A program made the translations under genes and the position numbers. A stretch of 64,000 bases of DNA from Hydrolagus colliei. Lineage: Eukaryota. The notes below the pieces were generated by a model that was not told the origin of the DNA, did not search any database, and was given only the letters and a program-made list of their open reading frames with translations. The stretch lies in assembly GCA_035084275.1 (NCBI GenBank), contig CM068751.1, positions 19,840,001-19,904,000 of the forward strand. Reading direction: 5' to 3'. Below, in pieces: positions 10,868-22,962 of this stretch; within the stretch, counting starts at the first letter, position 1, and the number at the start of each line of letters is the position of its first letter.

Positions 10868-13800
10868 AAGAAGTACTGTTCAAAGTAAAAATTTCTGAGT
10901 GAAGACTTGACCAAATATCCTCTGCCTTCATTGGGTGACAGTGAGATGGTAGACTCTGTCTTTGACGTAGGCTATTACACTTGGCATCCATAGAAATTTA
11001 CAAACTGGAGAAGGTTCATTCAACCCATCGTGCCTGTGATGGATATTTGAAATGGTGAACCATTCAGTCCGATTTTTACCTGACTGTTCCCCACAACCCC
11101 TCAATTATTATGCAGTAGAAATCAGACAGTCCATCTCAGACACCATGGACGTACTGACCTTCTTCAGTGTTGTAAAAGTCCATGGTTCTATCAACAGCAA
11201 TAAGTTCGCAATGCTAATTTGCGATGGTGTCTGCACTTGTCACACTGTGAACGGGAAGCTTTCGAAAATCCACCAGCGCACTCTGGCCCCACCAACGTTA
11301 GACTAGGATTCCACCCTGGTCCATTTATGCTCCATTCATTACTTTCCAAAGTGAAGTAATAAAATGAAGGGCACCTCAAAGGGTTTTCGCTGGGCAGATT
11401 GAGTGCAGTATTTTACTGTTGGGAAGCTTGCACTAGTGGTTAAAACTTAAGTCATTGTCTGCGAACCGTATCAGCAGGGATTGAGTTATCTCACCATACA
11501 CATGCACTTGGCTTGTCCCATTACCTGTGGTGGAAGAATAAGTGGTGTAGCAGATTGCTCTTCCGGTACTTTCAACGGAACCAACTTTATAATAAGAGCC
11601 AGCTGCTTCTCTGGGCTTTGTCAATTTCAGCATTGCCTGACCCGCCTTGCACCCCCGCTTCTCTCCCCTCTTAAATTGACCTTTACACCCTGTTTTTCTG
11701 CATCCTGCCCATTACTCAATATTAATGATCAACGGTCACCTGTTTACAGCCTCTGAATATGCTTCTGACGCACTTTTTGTAAAAACAAGGTGACAGATGA
11801 ACTCAGCTCTTTTCTTATTCCGAGCGAGCCCAGCTCACCTCATCTGGAACCTTTTTCAAGTTTCCATGAGGGCCACTGTGTTTCGAGGTCTGGATTAAGA
11901 AAATCCATCAATTTGCATTAAACAGTAGTAGATAGAATTTCACTGAGAATTGTATGGTCACATATACCATTTCTATATCGAGGAAATCATATTTTATATT
12001 ACTTCATGTATTTTAGGGAGTTGCTGGGTTTTTTTAAATTTGAGAAACTTGGGTGCAGGACAGAAACCTTTATTGCAGGGTCACCACTCACCATCAAGGT
12101 TGATAAGTGTAGCTGAGAAGACAAGATGAATCTAGATGTGATTAAATGGCACCAAGCTTTAGTTGGTAAAGCCTGTGGATTATAGAAGAAAGGGAAGACA
12201 GACAGAGAGAAAGGTAAGGGAACTCCAAAGTCTTGAGATCCTTGGAAAGAATGAACTGGTGATGGCAACGATTTGTCATTTCAACCATCTGGTGCTGTTA
12301 AGGTATTGTGGATTCTATGCAGAGAATAAATGTGATTTTTCTTTCCATGTCAGGAGTAAATTGCTGTCACCACCACCTTGTCATGGATTTCCCTTGTGGT
12401 TTCATTGGTTCCTAAATATAGAGTGATGGAGGCAAATGAAAACTGGGAATTGAGGGGGCAGTATTTTGTGGGGAAACCTGAATGTGGAGGGGTGGAGGAA
12501 TAAATTGGGGAAGGATGATTTATTTTAAAAGGAGGAAAACTTCCTCTCCTATAGCAACTAAAATAAAATTACTTGATGCTGCATAAATGGGGACAAATGC
12601 AACAGAATTTAGGTTAAGGAAAAGATCTGCCAGACGGAGGAAATATTCTTCAAGATTTTGAACACAACTGTCCACCCCTTTCATAGAAACCAGATAAACG
12701 AAGAATGGTTGTCACGGAACTCGTGACCACAATGAGACCAGCAATGAGCAATCTCAATATTTTGCTGTCATAATCCCTACAATCAATGTCTCTAAACTCC
12801 AGCTAACTATGTATAAAGGTTCCATTTGATTAAATTAACAAAAGTATTTCCCCCCCGCCCCCCACCCCAATATTCAGCCCAATGAAAACCAAAAGCATCC
12901 GATGTATTCATTACCTGCAGGGAAACATAACTTCAAGTTTACCAAATTATTCTTTATTATTCCGTAAACAGGTCAGGGACTAATGCTGCAAAGACACAAG
13001 GTGTTGATCAGAACCTGAAATCAGAATGGTGGGTCAGTGTTCTGCATGTCTGTAGTCGGTTTATGTTGAAAGTTCACACTTCACATCTAAACTGATTTTC
13101 AATTTCAGTCTTTTGACTTCAGATTTGTCAAATGCATGCGATGCTGTGTTCCTGTCCAGAAAAGCTATTAGAATTCTGATTATTGTTTAGAAGTCAAGGA
13201 GATGTATACTATATATTTTTCTAAATTTGGGTTGGAGTCACTCATCTCCTAGAATCTGATAAGCTCCCAGCAGAGATGATCTCCACCCTTGAAGTTAAAT
13301 GGAACGATTTGATTTCTAATTGGTGAGGGCATTAGGTCAGCAAGGTACAGTTCTTCTTTTCTGTGTGTTGCACCCTTACCAGAACTGTGAATCAGAGCAA
13401 TTTCAACTTCTAATGGCTTTCAGAAAAGGGGGGAAAAAAAGGGTAAATCATTCAGATGGTGACAGAGGAGATATTTGATGAACAAAAGCTGTAGCTTAGA
13501 ATAACACTGGGAATCATGTCAACAGTAATGGGCATCTTGATGACATAATGAAGAGTTGGTTGATGTAGTTTAAAGGTTCTGACGCAGTCAGTTAGTGCTT
13601 CAGGGAAATGGCTTCTAAATGGTGCATTTTGACAATGGATGGTGTGGGGAAGAATAACTAGACATAAGGTAGTGTCCTTGGATTTGTTTAATTACATTTT
13701 TTTGGGATGTCTCTTTGGTTTATGGCTCTGCCCTTTGAAATTGATCCATTCTGCTTTCCCAGGAAAGATATTGTGAGTTACAATCTGGGATATATTAAAG

Positions 13801-14102
13801 GTCCAAGTGATGCAAGGCCCTGAGATAATGCAATGTACAATGGCGATTAACGAGATAACGTGAGACTTGTTAGTCTTTGAAAGATGTCTCAGGGGAATCT
13901 TGAGACAACTACAATATCAAACCTGACACAAAAAGTTCAGAACGATATTTTCAGAAATGCTAATTTACTAGGACAAGTGAGCACAGGTTCAGGTTTGGGA
14001 AGGGCAAGGTTAGAGGTCTCAGGTTTTGCATTGGGAATGGACAAATGGCAGAAAGTATTTCCTTGCTGAGAGTTATCAGTAAATGTAATTTTTTTTCTAG
14101 TA

Positions 14103-14445
14103 AATATAATAAACCTTGTATTTGACATAGCATCTGATGATGTCTTCGAGACATCTCAAAGCTCTTTACAAGATATACTGTACACTGGATTGACTGTGTA
14201 TTTTGTGGGGGGAAAAAAAGCAACTTATTTGTACACAGCAACATCCCACAAACAGCCATGGAGTGATTGACCGATTTTATTTGGTGGACTGTTGGCCTGG
14301 ATAAGTATGGGTGAGGCTAGGGTTCTAAGAAGCTTGATGCTGTTATGTAGTACTGGTATTCTGGATCACGTAACCTTGAGGTGTTTGAGTTGCATATATT
14401 CAACTGCTTCATCTGCAAAAGTTAATGGATCCTCTCACATTATGA
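14103..14445 (-). mobile_element. Old DeuSINE-type SINE, 3' portion
   Basis: CCTTGTATTTGACATAG...GCACAGCAACATCCCACAAACAGCCATGGAGTGATTGACC...GTTGGCCTGGA is the reverse of the Deu body and tail. Confidence 0.7.
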
Positions 14446-14902
14446 GGTATAAACTTGTTCTGCCAGTGGCTCTAAGCTTTCTGCTCTTTTAATGTTGTAC
14501 ATTTGGGTTCTTTCATTTAAACATGTAAACCGCTGACTTCTTTGCTTTAAAAAGTTCTTTATTAAGCAGATGTCAAAAACCCAGCTGTCTGGAAAAGTTC
14601 AACCAAGGGCCCAGGGTTTGGATGGTTGAAAGGTTGGAAACAAAGGCTGAGAACAATATCTAGATGTTAGTGGCAATGGACCTGGATGGATGAAATCTTA
14701 TCTCTCTGTAAGAAAAGGGGTGTTTTCTGCAATTGTGTTTGTTCAAGTATATCCTTGCCAAAATGCCAGGTCAAATAACTCATGAATTTCACAGATAAGC
14801 AGCGAATCATTTTTGTTACCAGTAACGGTGATTTTATGCACACTATTGCTCTCAAATTCTAATAACCAATATCTAATCCTGGATGGGGTACAAGAAGAAT
14901 CT

Positions 14903-15070
14903 TAGGAACGTAGGAATAACAAAAACAAGAGGAGACCATTTAGGCTATTGAGCCTGTTTCACCACTTTATTAGATCTAGGGAAATCTTTTAATCCAATTA
15001 CCCCGTCCTTTGGCCATACCTTGTCATAGCCTGATTGATAATTTGTCAATCTCTCACCTCTAAAGTTTCT
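14903..15070 (-). mobile_element. Old CR1-type 3' end
   Basis: GGAACGTAGGAA...AGGAGACCATTTAGGCTATTGAGCCTGTTTCACCACT is a diverged version of 19433-19523. Confidence 0.6.
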
Positions 15071-16774
15071 TGTCTGACTCTGTTTTATAGGTAACATGGC
15101 TATAGTCAATTTCTAAATGCGTATTTCATGTTCCACCGTCCTAAATTCTTTAAAAACACAGAAATGGAAGAACATGTTCTTGCGGCGTCCTCACTGAATA
15201 AGTTTGTATTCTTCCCCCATTTCAACTCATTCTTTACCAGAATCTCACTGTGGAACCACTTCTCTTCCTGGGTTTACCCTTTCTGCTACAATCTATGGAG
15301 GTTTCTTAACTGATCTTTGTCATACTCTTTGCGACGTGGATGGTGACCTACCCTATGGGTCTTGGGCTTTCAAGCCACTCTTCTAAAATCAATCCAACAT
15401 CTTGTTCTGTGTTCTCTTTGACTGAGTGGACTGGGTGCAGTGCAAGCGAAGCCCACGGATTGGGGGGGTGACACAGACGTTTACTGAGTGGCGTGCTTCC
15501 TAAACGAGCGTCTTTCTTCCTTTCAACGTTGGGCTTGGTCTGATACAAATCACGAAGGTCAACGGCGCCATCTGGAATCTCCACAAAAATAATCCCAGCT
15601 GGGCACTCAAGGGCGGAGTGGCCGCCTTCTTATTGTTGTCGCTCCCTCTTTGAATTTTAAGTACAATCGGGTTGAGGAACCATAATTTAAAAGGTGCTTT
15701 AAACATTTAATGACTTTTGCTTAAGATTTAAGACGAGGATTGTCAAACTGTATGAAATGTAGTGGAGTGAAGCTAATTTATGCATTGGGCGTGGATGCTT
15801 TTTGCGCTGCTCAGACAAGTGATAATTCACTGGCAAAAAGAAAAGCAATAAACTACTCCAGTGAATTATTCCTTAACATTCTACAGGGTGCAACGTTCCA
15901 GAACTAACACAAATGCTACCCCACCATTCCATGCTTCCTCTTGAAGTCAAAGGGTCTAAAGATGGCGTCTCCGTCGCGACCAGAAGCACCAGAGAAAGAC
16001 TGAACAGTTGTTTTCAAGACGTTCTTGAAAAGAAAACTTTCTCGTTTCTGCTTCCTGCCAAGATGGCAAATGGTAAATTGGTCGATTCCATCTGAAAAGC
16101 AAAGTGATCGTTTGAACCGCTTCCATTTCTCCTCAACACAGGCTGTTGGAAATTATGTGAATCTTTCCTAGTCAAGGTCACTAGGCCAATTCGCTGGCTT
16201 TACACGCAACCCAACTACAATTACTAAATTGTTATCTGACCATAATTTCTTTTAAAAATTCTAAAACAAACAGGTTGAAGTGTTTTATGTTTATATACGT
16301 AATGCTCAAATGCCAGTGAATAAATATTCTGTGAATTGGGCATTCATATAGCATCCTGCAATGTAACCTGACACTTATCCCTCACAGTAACGGAATGAAA
16401 GCTCAATTCATGTTCGTTGCTCTTGAAGATGCTGATCTTCTTGAAAATGGGGGTGCTGCAGCATTAAATAAATTCAGAGTGTTAGAAATAGGGCACTCGG
16501 ATAACATTACTGGTTAACTGGTGAATGAGTTATTGAGGGCTATATTGCGTATCTCACAGTTAACATAACATGTAGAGGTGTAGACTTGTCTTTGTCTTGC
16601 TGGGTATGAAATAATCCTTCAGCTATTTTCCCAAGGCAATTGGAGGGGGAACCGTCCGGACTTTCCACAAACCTGCAGTTCTAATTATGCATCCAGTTCT
16701 TTCATTTTATCCCTGCTCAACTCCATGCCTCCACCTCTTGGCTGGGAATGGGGTAAACTCCTATGTTATTTTTA

Positions 16775-16959
16775 ATATTGGAAAAAATTAGACACTCACT
16801 ACTACACGCCTGTTTGTGGGATATTCCTGTACACAAATTGGTTGTCGATATTTGCTTATGAAATACAGAGTCATGACACTTGATAGTAAAATCCTGTGAA
16901 GCGCTTTGATATCTTGATGACTTGATAAGCCTGTATATCAAATGTAAGAATTATTATTA
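16775..16959 (+). mobile_element. Diverged 3' fragment of a Deu-type, ATT-tailed SINE
   Basis: CTGTTTGTGGGATATT...CTGTGAAGCGCTTTGA...TGATAAGCCTGTATATCAAATGTAAGAATTATTATTA. Confidence 0.75.
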
Positions 16960-18000
16960 CATGATCTTTTATGCACCAGAAAATAAGTTTAGAAGTAGAT
17001 TTTTTTTATCCTCACTTTGATCCTTATAATAAAGTTACCAATAAATTGATAAATCGGTACTAAATTGTCAATTATATGCTTTGGGACATCCTTCCAATAT
17101 AAATGATGCTATCATGCATTGCACACGATTTGCGCCCACACTATTTTCCACTCTATGTGGGCGTAAGGCTAAATCATATGATCTGATGATCCACTAATGA
17201 TGCCAATCTATCCCACATTTTTCTCAGAACTCTTCCTTTGTTGGCAGTCGAATAAACATTTATTTTGTATTTGAAAACCATCTGAGCAATAATGGTTACC
17301 TGGAAACAATTACAAGGTTGCAATATAATCAAATGCTTTAGATGGTTTATTTATATATTCTTCATATATATTGAATACTTGGGAGTGAGTTACAGGCTAA
17401 TCTAATTGATGGGGTTCAGATGTATATGGTTCATATGTGAAATAAGGGGTTCCTAAGTGTTTAATCAAACCCTCCGAGATTACATTATTGCTGTTCAGAT
17501 ATGCCTTAGATTTGTTGCTCTTGGTCTTTATTTCATTGAATCAACTTGGGCCAGTGATGAATGACTACAGGCTTATTGAGAAATAATTTTCAGTTTGTTT
17601 ACCTGGGAATTTCTAAACCAGTGTGGTGGTGTGTGTGTATTGTAATGAGTTTGTCTGGTACTGTTGTGTCTATGGGACAAACCATGTCATGCATTTGGTG
17701 AGTTGCTGGAAGAGAGACCTCAAATTGATTCAAATCGCTCTGATTTACCTATCCTACAAGTTTTGTTTATGAAAATGACTATACTGGAAAAAAAAGGCTA
17801 ATTATAGTGTTCCCAATATCTAGAGTGGTTTATGGCTTGGATGTGGAGGAGGATGTGGGGGAGCAAAGACAATTGAGGATCCAACAAGACACCTAGGTTC
17901 CTGACTGGTTTTGTGAGGTTCAATGTGCAACTATGGAGGTTGATGCTTAATCTCGAATATCTAACAAAGAATAGTAATGATATAATCTAATGGCATAAAA

Positions 18001-18197
18001 AACCCTCCCCTCCAAAAAAAACACTTGGGTCAATCAATCCACCACTGTTTGGGGTGGGGGACAATGTCACTGCTGTGCACAATTGGCTGCCACATTTTGC
18101 CCACAAGATACAGTCAATTCACTTTACAATATATTCTGTAAAGCGCTTTGAGACCCTCAATGACATGCTGTATCAAGTACATGGAATACTATTATTA
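18001..18197 (+). mobile_element. 5'-truncated tRNA(Val) SINE, diverged
   Basis: CACTGCTGTGCACAATTGGCTGCCAC...CAGTCAATTCACTTTACAA...ATTATTAG. Confidence 0.82.
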
Positions 18198-19432
18198 GAA
18201 TTCGGTAACATTATTAAAGAGAAGATACGAGCTATTTATTTCTTACCAGTCAGGCATTTGGGTATTCCCTGAATAAAGCCAAGGTTTGAACAGTGAAACT
18301 GCTTTGTTTGTATGGATGCAGAGTGTAGACCATTCCCACGTGGTTTTAAATCATCTGTTAGGCGCATGCTACACGGGAACTCTTGGAACAGTGATGCATG
18401 ACTGCACAGCTGTCCCCTCCCTCCAGGGAGACTTACTCACACAGTGACCCTCCTAAACACAGAAGAGCATGCAATATCCCCCCAGTTTACACGGGACTTT
18501 TCTCCCTCAAGAAAGGACAGCACTGAGGTAGTGAGCAATTCATCTTTATCAAAATGTAATTGAATGAGTGCTTCAGAATGGCTCGTGAATTAATAGCATG
18601 CTGTGCAGGATGCACCCGGAGCTGAAATATATATATAAATATATATATATAAACTGGAAAGCAAGCTGTTATAGAAGCTTTAAAAATAAGATGATTGCGT
18701 GTAAGGGATAGGGAAGTCAGTACTGGAGGGAGTCTGTCTAGCCAACCATGAAACGAACAAAATGGCTCAAAATGAGGGTGGCAGGCTGGTTAGGAGGTTA
18801 CAGCCAAGGCTGTGATTCACACCGCACACTCCTCTCTTGAGTTTCTCACCAGGAGCTCAGTCAACACAGATTTTTCAAAATGACAGCTTCACCAGTGAAG
18901 CCCTCTCTCTCCCTCTGCCCTGGGGAACAGGCAGCTCAGCCTTGATGTACAAACCTCCGGGTTACAAAGCTGTGCCCCCGCATTGTTTTAAAACAAAACT
19001 CAAAATACTATCATTAAATACTGTAAGTGTGCAGTCACGGCTGTCACTCGGCTTCACTTCATATTGTGGCCGACTACCAATGTTTATTTTCACACCTTGA
19101 AGTAATGGCACGTGCAATAATAGCCTGGGGGAACATTGACAACCCTCTCCTAGTTTTCACCTGCGGCCTCGGTAGACTTAATGCTCTATGTGTTTCTGGG
19201 TCTAGTCATGACCCCACTGTTTCTACCTTACCAACTGCGTCCTTTGTTAACTCCCTTCTACCTGCCCTCCATTTCTCACCTTGCTTGGATTGCCCTCGGT
19301 CTCAGTGAAATGCCTTACAATATTATCCAATGTGAAATTAATTATATAAGTGTATATTGTAACCAGCCAGTCATCTACACTAATTCAGGACTGAATCCCA
19401 TTGTGGATAAATTTTAAAAATCAAGAAATAAA

Positions 19433-19523
19433 TAAGAACATAAGAAATAGGAGCAGGAGTAGGCCATTCAGCCCCTCGAGCCTGCCCCGCCATTCAGTAT
19501 GATCATGGCTGATCTTCTAACCT
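19433..19523 (-). mobile_element. Young CR1-type LINE 3' end (or SINE with a CR1-derived tail)
   Basis: TAAGAACATAAGAAATAGGAGCAGGAGTAGGCCATTCAGCCCCTCGAGCCTGCCCCGCCATTCAGTATGATCATGGCTGATC; the reverse ends in ...CCTATTTCTTATGTTCTTA, as recalled for chondrichthyan CR1 tails. Confidence 0.82.
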
Positions 19524-19594
19524 AGCAGCCCGAGACATAAAAAGAGATAGTTGAAGAAGGCCGAAAGGCTGCATTCTGTTGCATATATTTATTT

Positions 19595-19760
19595 TCTCCC
19601 TGAATAAGAGAGGGTAAAAATCAGCCAGGTTTTCCTGCTCCTGTTGGTTACCAATGAGGCAATGACCTTTGCTGGAACGTGTGAGGACTGGATTGGACTT
19701 GGCTCTGTAGCCCTAACGTATGTTTAGCCAGTCAATTCTTGCTGTCTGGGCTGACACAAG
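19595..19760 (+). mobile_element. LF-SINE-like central fragment
   Basis: GAGGGTAAAAATCAGCCAGGTTTTCCTGCTCCTG...TGACCTTTGCTGGAA...GTGAGGACTGGATTGGACTTGGCT...TGTCTGGGCTGACACA. Confidence 0.72.
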
Positions 19761-19924
19761 TTCTTTATTTGTCTTTGCCCAGCAGTTGAATTAATTTTAC
19801 AAAGCAATTGTCTGGTGAGAAACGCGTCTTGTATTCATGCCTGTCGTTCTTTAATTTGCCATTCTCTGGTAGATGCGAAGATCGTGTTTGCCAAAGTGAG
19901 GGATATTAGTGCTGATTGCTGTCT

Positions 19925-19962
19925 GGTGTGGAGGGCACTATATAAATCCAAATTGTTGTTGT
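19925..19962 (+). mobile_element. L2 3' tail fragment
   Basis: GTGGAGGGCACTATATAAATCCAAATTGTTGTTGT. Confidence 0.65.
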
Positions 19963-20004
19963 TTCCCATTTCAGGTATTCTGTGTTGATGTAAAATTTCG
20001 CCAG

Positions 20005-20147
20005 ACTCAATGCTCCCAGGTCAGGTACATCACTAGTTGGATGTTTGGTTGAACAAATAGTTTGCAAATGTACTTCTATCTCCTTAGCCTGGGCTGGATT
20101 TGAACTCTGATCTCATAGGTGAAAGGCCACTGTGCTAACCCACTGCC
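20005..20147 (-). mobile_element. Old tRNA-derived SINE head of another family
   Basis: Minus strand reads GCAGTGGGTTAGCACAGTGGCCTTTCACC...GAGTTCAAATCCAGCCCAGG, with A/B-box spacing. Confidence 0.5.
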
Positions 20148-20790
20148 GGACTATTTCATTTATATCATCTGTTTTGGTTTGAACCAGTGTAAACAGAAAG
20201 GATGCTAATGTCTTTCACCCCTCTTCAAATTAGTTTGCCATGTTGTAAATTCCATTAGTAGAGATTCAACCGGCTCCAATTCGGCACAGACAGTGGATTA
20301 AATCCACCTCCATCTGCGCTGAAAACTCATTGATTTTGCAAAGTCCAACCATAATCATTGCTTTAGTGCTTCTAATGGCAAAATGTTTCAATGTGCACTA
20401 ACACATTAAAGTGTAGTAACTAATTGCTTTGGAATGAAATTCGCTAAAGCAGTGAAGAATATGTGCAGTTGATAATTATAGAAGCAATATCAGATAGATA
20501 TTAGGATAACTGATAAATACATGTGGGAGAGCCATTGGGTTGGGCAACGAGTGACTTTCTCTTACATTAATTCTGATCTCTCTTCAGTCAAACCCAAGTC
20601 CCAATTTTTGCTTTTGTTCAGCTGAATGTCTGATACATATGGAAATCCATCAAAATGTAGAGTATCTAAACTAGACTGAGAGTTCCACATATCTATTCTA
20701 CTTTCACAGGGGAAATATCCTGGCCACCTATTGAGGGTCCGTTTTCTAACCATTCCTGTGCAGTGATGATGCACACCTCACAAGCTATAG

Positions 20791-20853
20791 GCCCACAAAA
20801 TATGCAGTCAATTGACTTTGCAGTTTATCCTATTAATCGCTTTGAGACGTCTT
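20791..20853 (+). mobile_element. Short fragment of the tRNA(Val) SINE family
   Basis: GCCCACAAAATATGCAGTCAATTGACTTTGCAG...CGCTTTGAGACGTC. Confidence 0.65.
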
Positions 20854-21300
20854 ATTTCAATCATGTTAACAGCAGATTTTCCTCGAGCCCTTGAGATAAA
20901 CGTATAATGTAGTGCTGTTTATGCATGTGTTCTTTAGCATACAACAAAAAAGCTATTCTTACACACATTAAGAAGTGTGTTACATTTCCTACATTGTATC
21001 CACCAAAGACTAAGCAAAAACAATGATGATAGGAAGGGCAGCGAGAAAAATAAATCCATCGGAAAATTCTGCTCTGTTTGGTTCCTCAGACCAATTGTTG
21101 TATGAGCTTTTACTAATAGCTCCACCTAAGGAAGGGACCAGAAATTAGAACAGAAATATTATAAGGAGGGGAATTTGAGGCGTATATTGTACTGAATCTA
21201 TTGACCATATTGAGCGCTTGACTTGTTGCCGAGGTGAGGTTGACCCTGCCAAGCTGGGCTGTGCAAGGTGTGGCTTTCTGCACCTGTAAACGTGGAAACC

Positions 21301-21325
21301 AGAGAGAGAGAGAGAGAGAGAGAGA
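21301..21325. repeat. (AG)n microsatellite
   Basis: Perfect AG run. Confidence 0.9.
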
Positions 21326-21424
21326 GTGAGCGTGAGATGAGACATTGATTACCCAGGAAATTAAGCAACATGGGAATGGAGAACTGTAAGTGCCTCTATT
21401 GAATTGTCAGTGGGTTGAACGGCA

Positions 21425-21485
21425 AGAAATACATTACAGTTGTACAGCGGGGCTTTCACAACAGGAGGACGTCCCAAAGCGCTGG
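21425..21485 (-). mobile_element. L2 3' tail fragment
   Basis: TTGTACAGCGGGGCTTTCACAACAGGAGGACGTCCCAAAGCGCT. Confidence 0.65.
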
Positions 21486-22629
21486 TTGACGCGACTTGGA
21501 AATGGGTGACATGCGGAGAGGGGATGTAGCCGTAATGACACCTCAACATTATACCCACTCCCAGACTTTGGAAACCTGATCGAACTCCTGAGCAATTCAA
21601 AACACTCCTATTGACTGCTAATGATCTTCCCTGGAACCGAGAACAAAGTACTCAACTTCCTTCACTCTCATTCCCCACCGCTACTCACCACACACACACA
21701 CATGCACAACAATCATAATCTCTCCTTTGAACCATAAGGAAATATCTCTGCTGCACCTAACCTCAGCGCTTAATACTGACATTGGCAACACAAAGGAAAA
21801 AAACATCCTGTTCTTGAGCACTGATATTCTCCATTTCCAACTGGCTACACTTCCAAAGAAAACCTCGCTGCAATTGTAGCTCTTGTTTTCTGGTTCGTTA
21901 AAGCTGGGTTTAAAGCTGAGCTCTGAAAATCCTTTAAGTCAAATGGTGCAGCGCGGCAGCATAACAATTCATCAAGTAATTGTTCAATATTTCTTACACA
22001 AATAAAAACGGCAAAAACTTCACATCTCTCAACATAAGGCCAAACGGCCTGCTTGATTTTGTTGGGGAAAAATGAATGTCATGTACAGCTTGCTTTCATT
22101 ATCCAAATACCTGTCTTTTCGAATGAAGTTTCAGGTTGTTGAAGGGTTGTTCAGATTCAATGTAAGGGGCTGCTGTATTTTGAGTAGTTTATTTGAACAC
22201 GTGACTGACCACTCGGTCTTTCGCTGGTAAAAATGGAAGCGAACACACAGGCTAGGGTGACAGTTTACAGGCTCTGGGAATTCACGGAGGATGGACGTAT
22301 GCCTTGTATTGGGTTGTTCCACCCTCGGAGGGTATCACAGTCAAGTTTGTTTGTCTCCAAAGCTGATGAGCATTCCATCAAAGCTCATCACTCAAGTGAT
22401 TCCATGAAGCCCAGTGTATCTCATACAAGCAAATGTAGCATCTAATCTGTACCAGTGACATTACACAGACAGCAAAATGAACAATAATCAGTTGGAAATT
22501 TTATTTGTGAATTTGTGCAATTCAGGAATATTACTCAGGTTAGTGGGGGAGACCTATCTTCTCTTACATTTAATCAATGTTCATCTGAACCATCAAACGC
22601 GTGCTTAGTTTAAGGCTTTATCTAAAGAA

Positions 22630-22845
22630 TCATCCCCCAAATCAATTCACTAAAAATAATAATTTGGTCACTCAATCCATGACTGTTTGTGGGACACTGC
22701 TGCGCATAATTAGCTGCCACGTTTCTCCCCCCAAATAGTAAGCTTGGACAAAAAGTCAATTCACTTAGTGGTGTATTCTGTGAAGCACTTTGAAACATCT
22801 CAAAGACGTGATAAGGCAATGTATCAAATACAAAGGTTATTATTA
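22630..22845 (+). mobile_element. 5'-truncated ATT-tailed SINE, GTGATAAGGC subfamily
   Basis: TTGGTCACTCAATCCATGACTGTTTGTGGGACACTGC...AGACGTGATAAGGCAATGTATCAAATACAAAGGTTATTATTAG. Confidence 0.85.
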
Positions 22846-22897
22846 GATTGTTGCGTGAAGTGCTTTGAGACGTCTCAACAACGTGCAAAGTGCTATA

Positions 22898-22962
22898 ACT
22901 ACAACAACAAAATTATATTTGTATAGTGCCTTTCACGTCGGGAGGACGTCCCAAGGCTCTGA
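22898..22962 (-). mobile_element. L2 3' tail fragment
   Basis: ACAACAACAAAATTATATTTGTATAGTGCCTTTCACGTCGGGAGGACGTCCCAAGGCTCTG. Confidence 0.8.

Noticed and set aside
18523-18545. let-7-like start TGAGGTAGTG
   Set aside because: Matches only the first ~9 nt of let-7 and has no precursor hairpin
21540-21870. Possible decayed L2 RT remnant (also faint LINE-like stretches near 12540-12660, 13490-13700, 18990-19330, 42575-42680, 50085-50210, 55370-55560)
   Set aside because: Similarity is too weak to support by eye; needs RepeatMasker or tblastn
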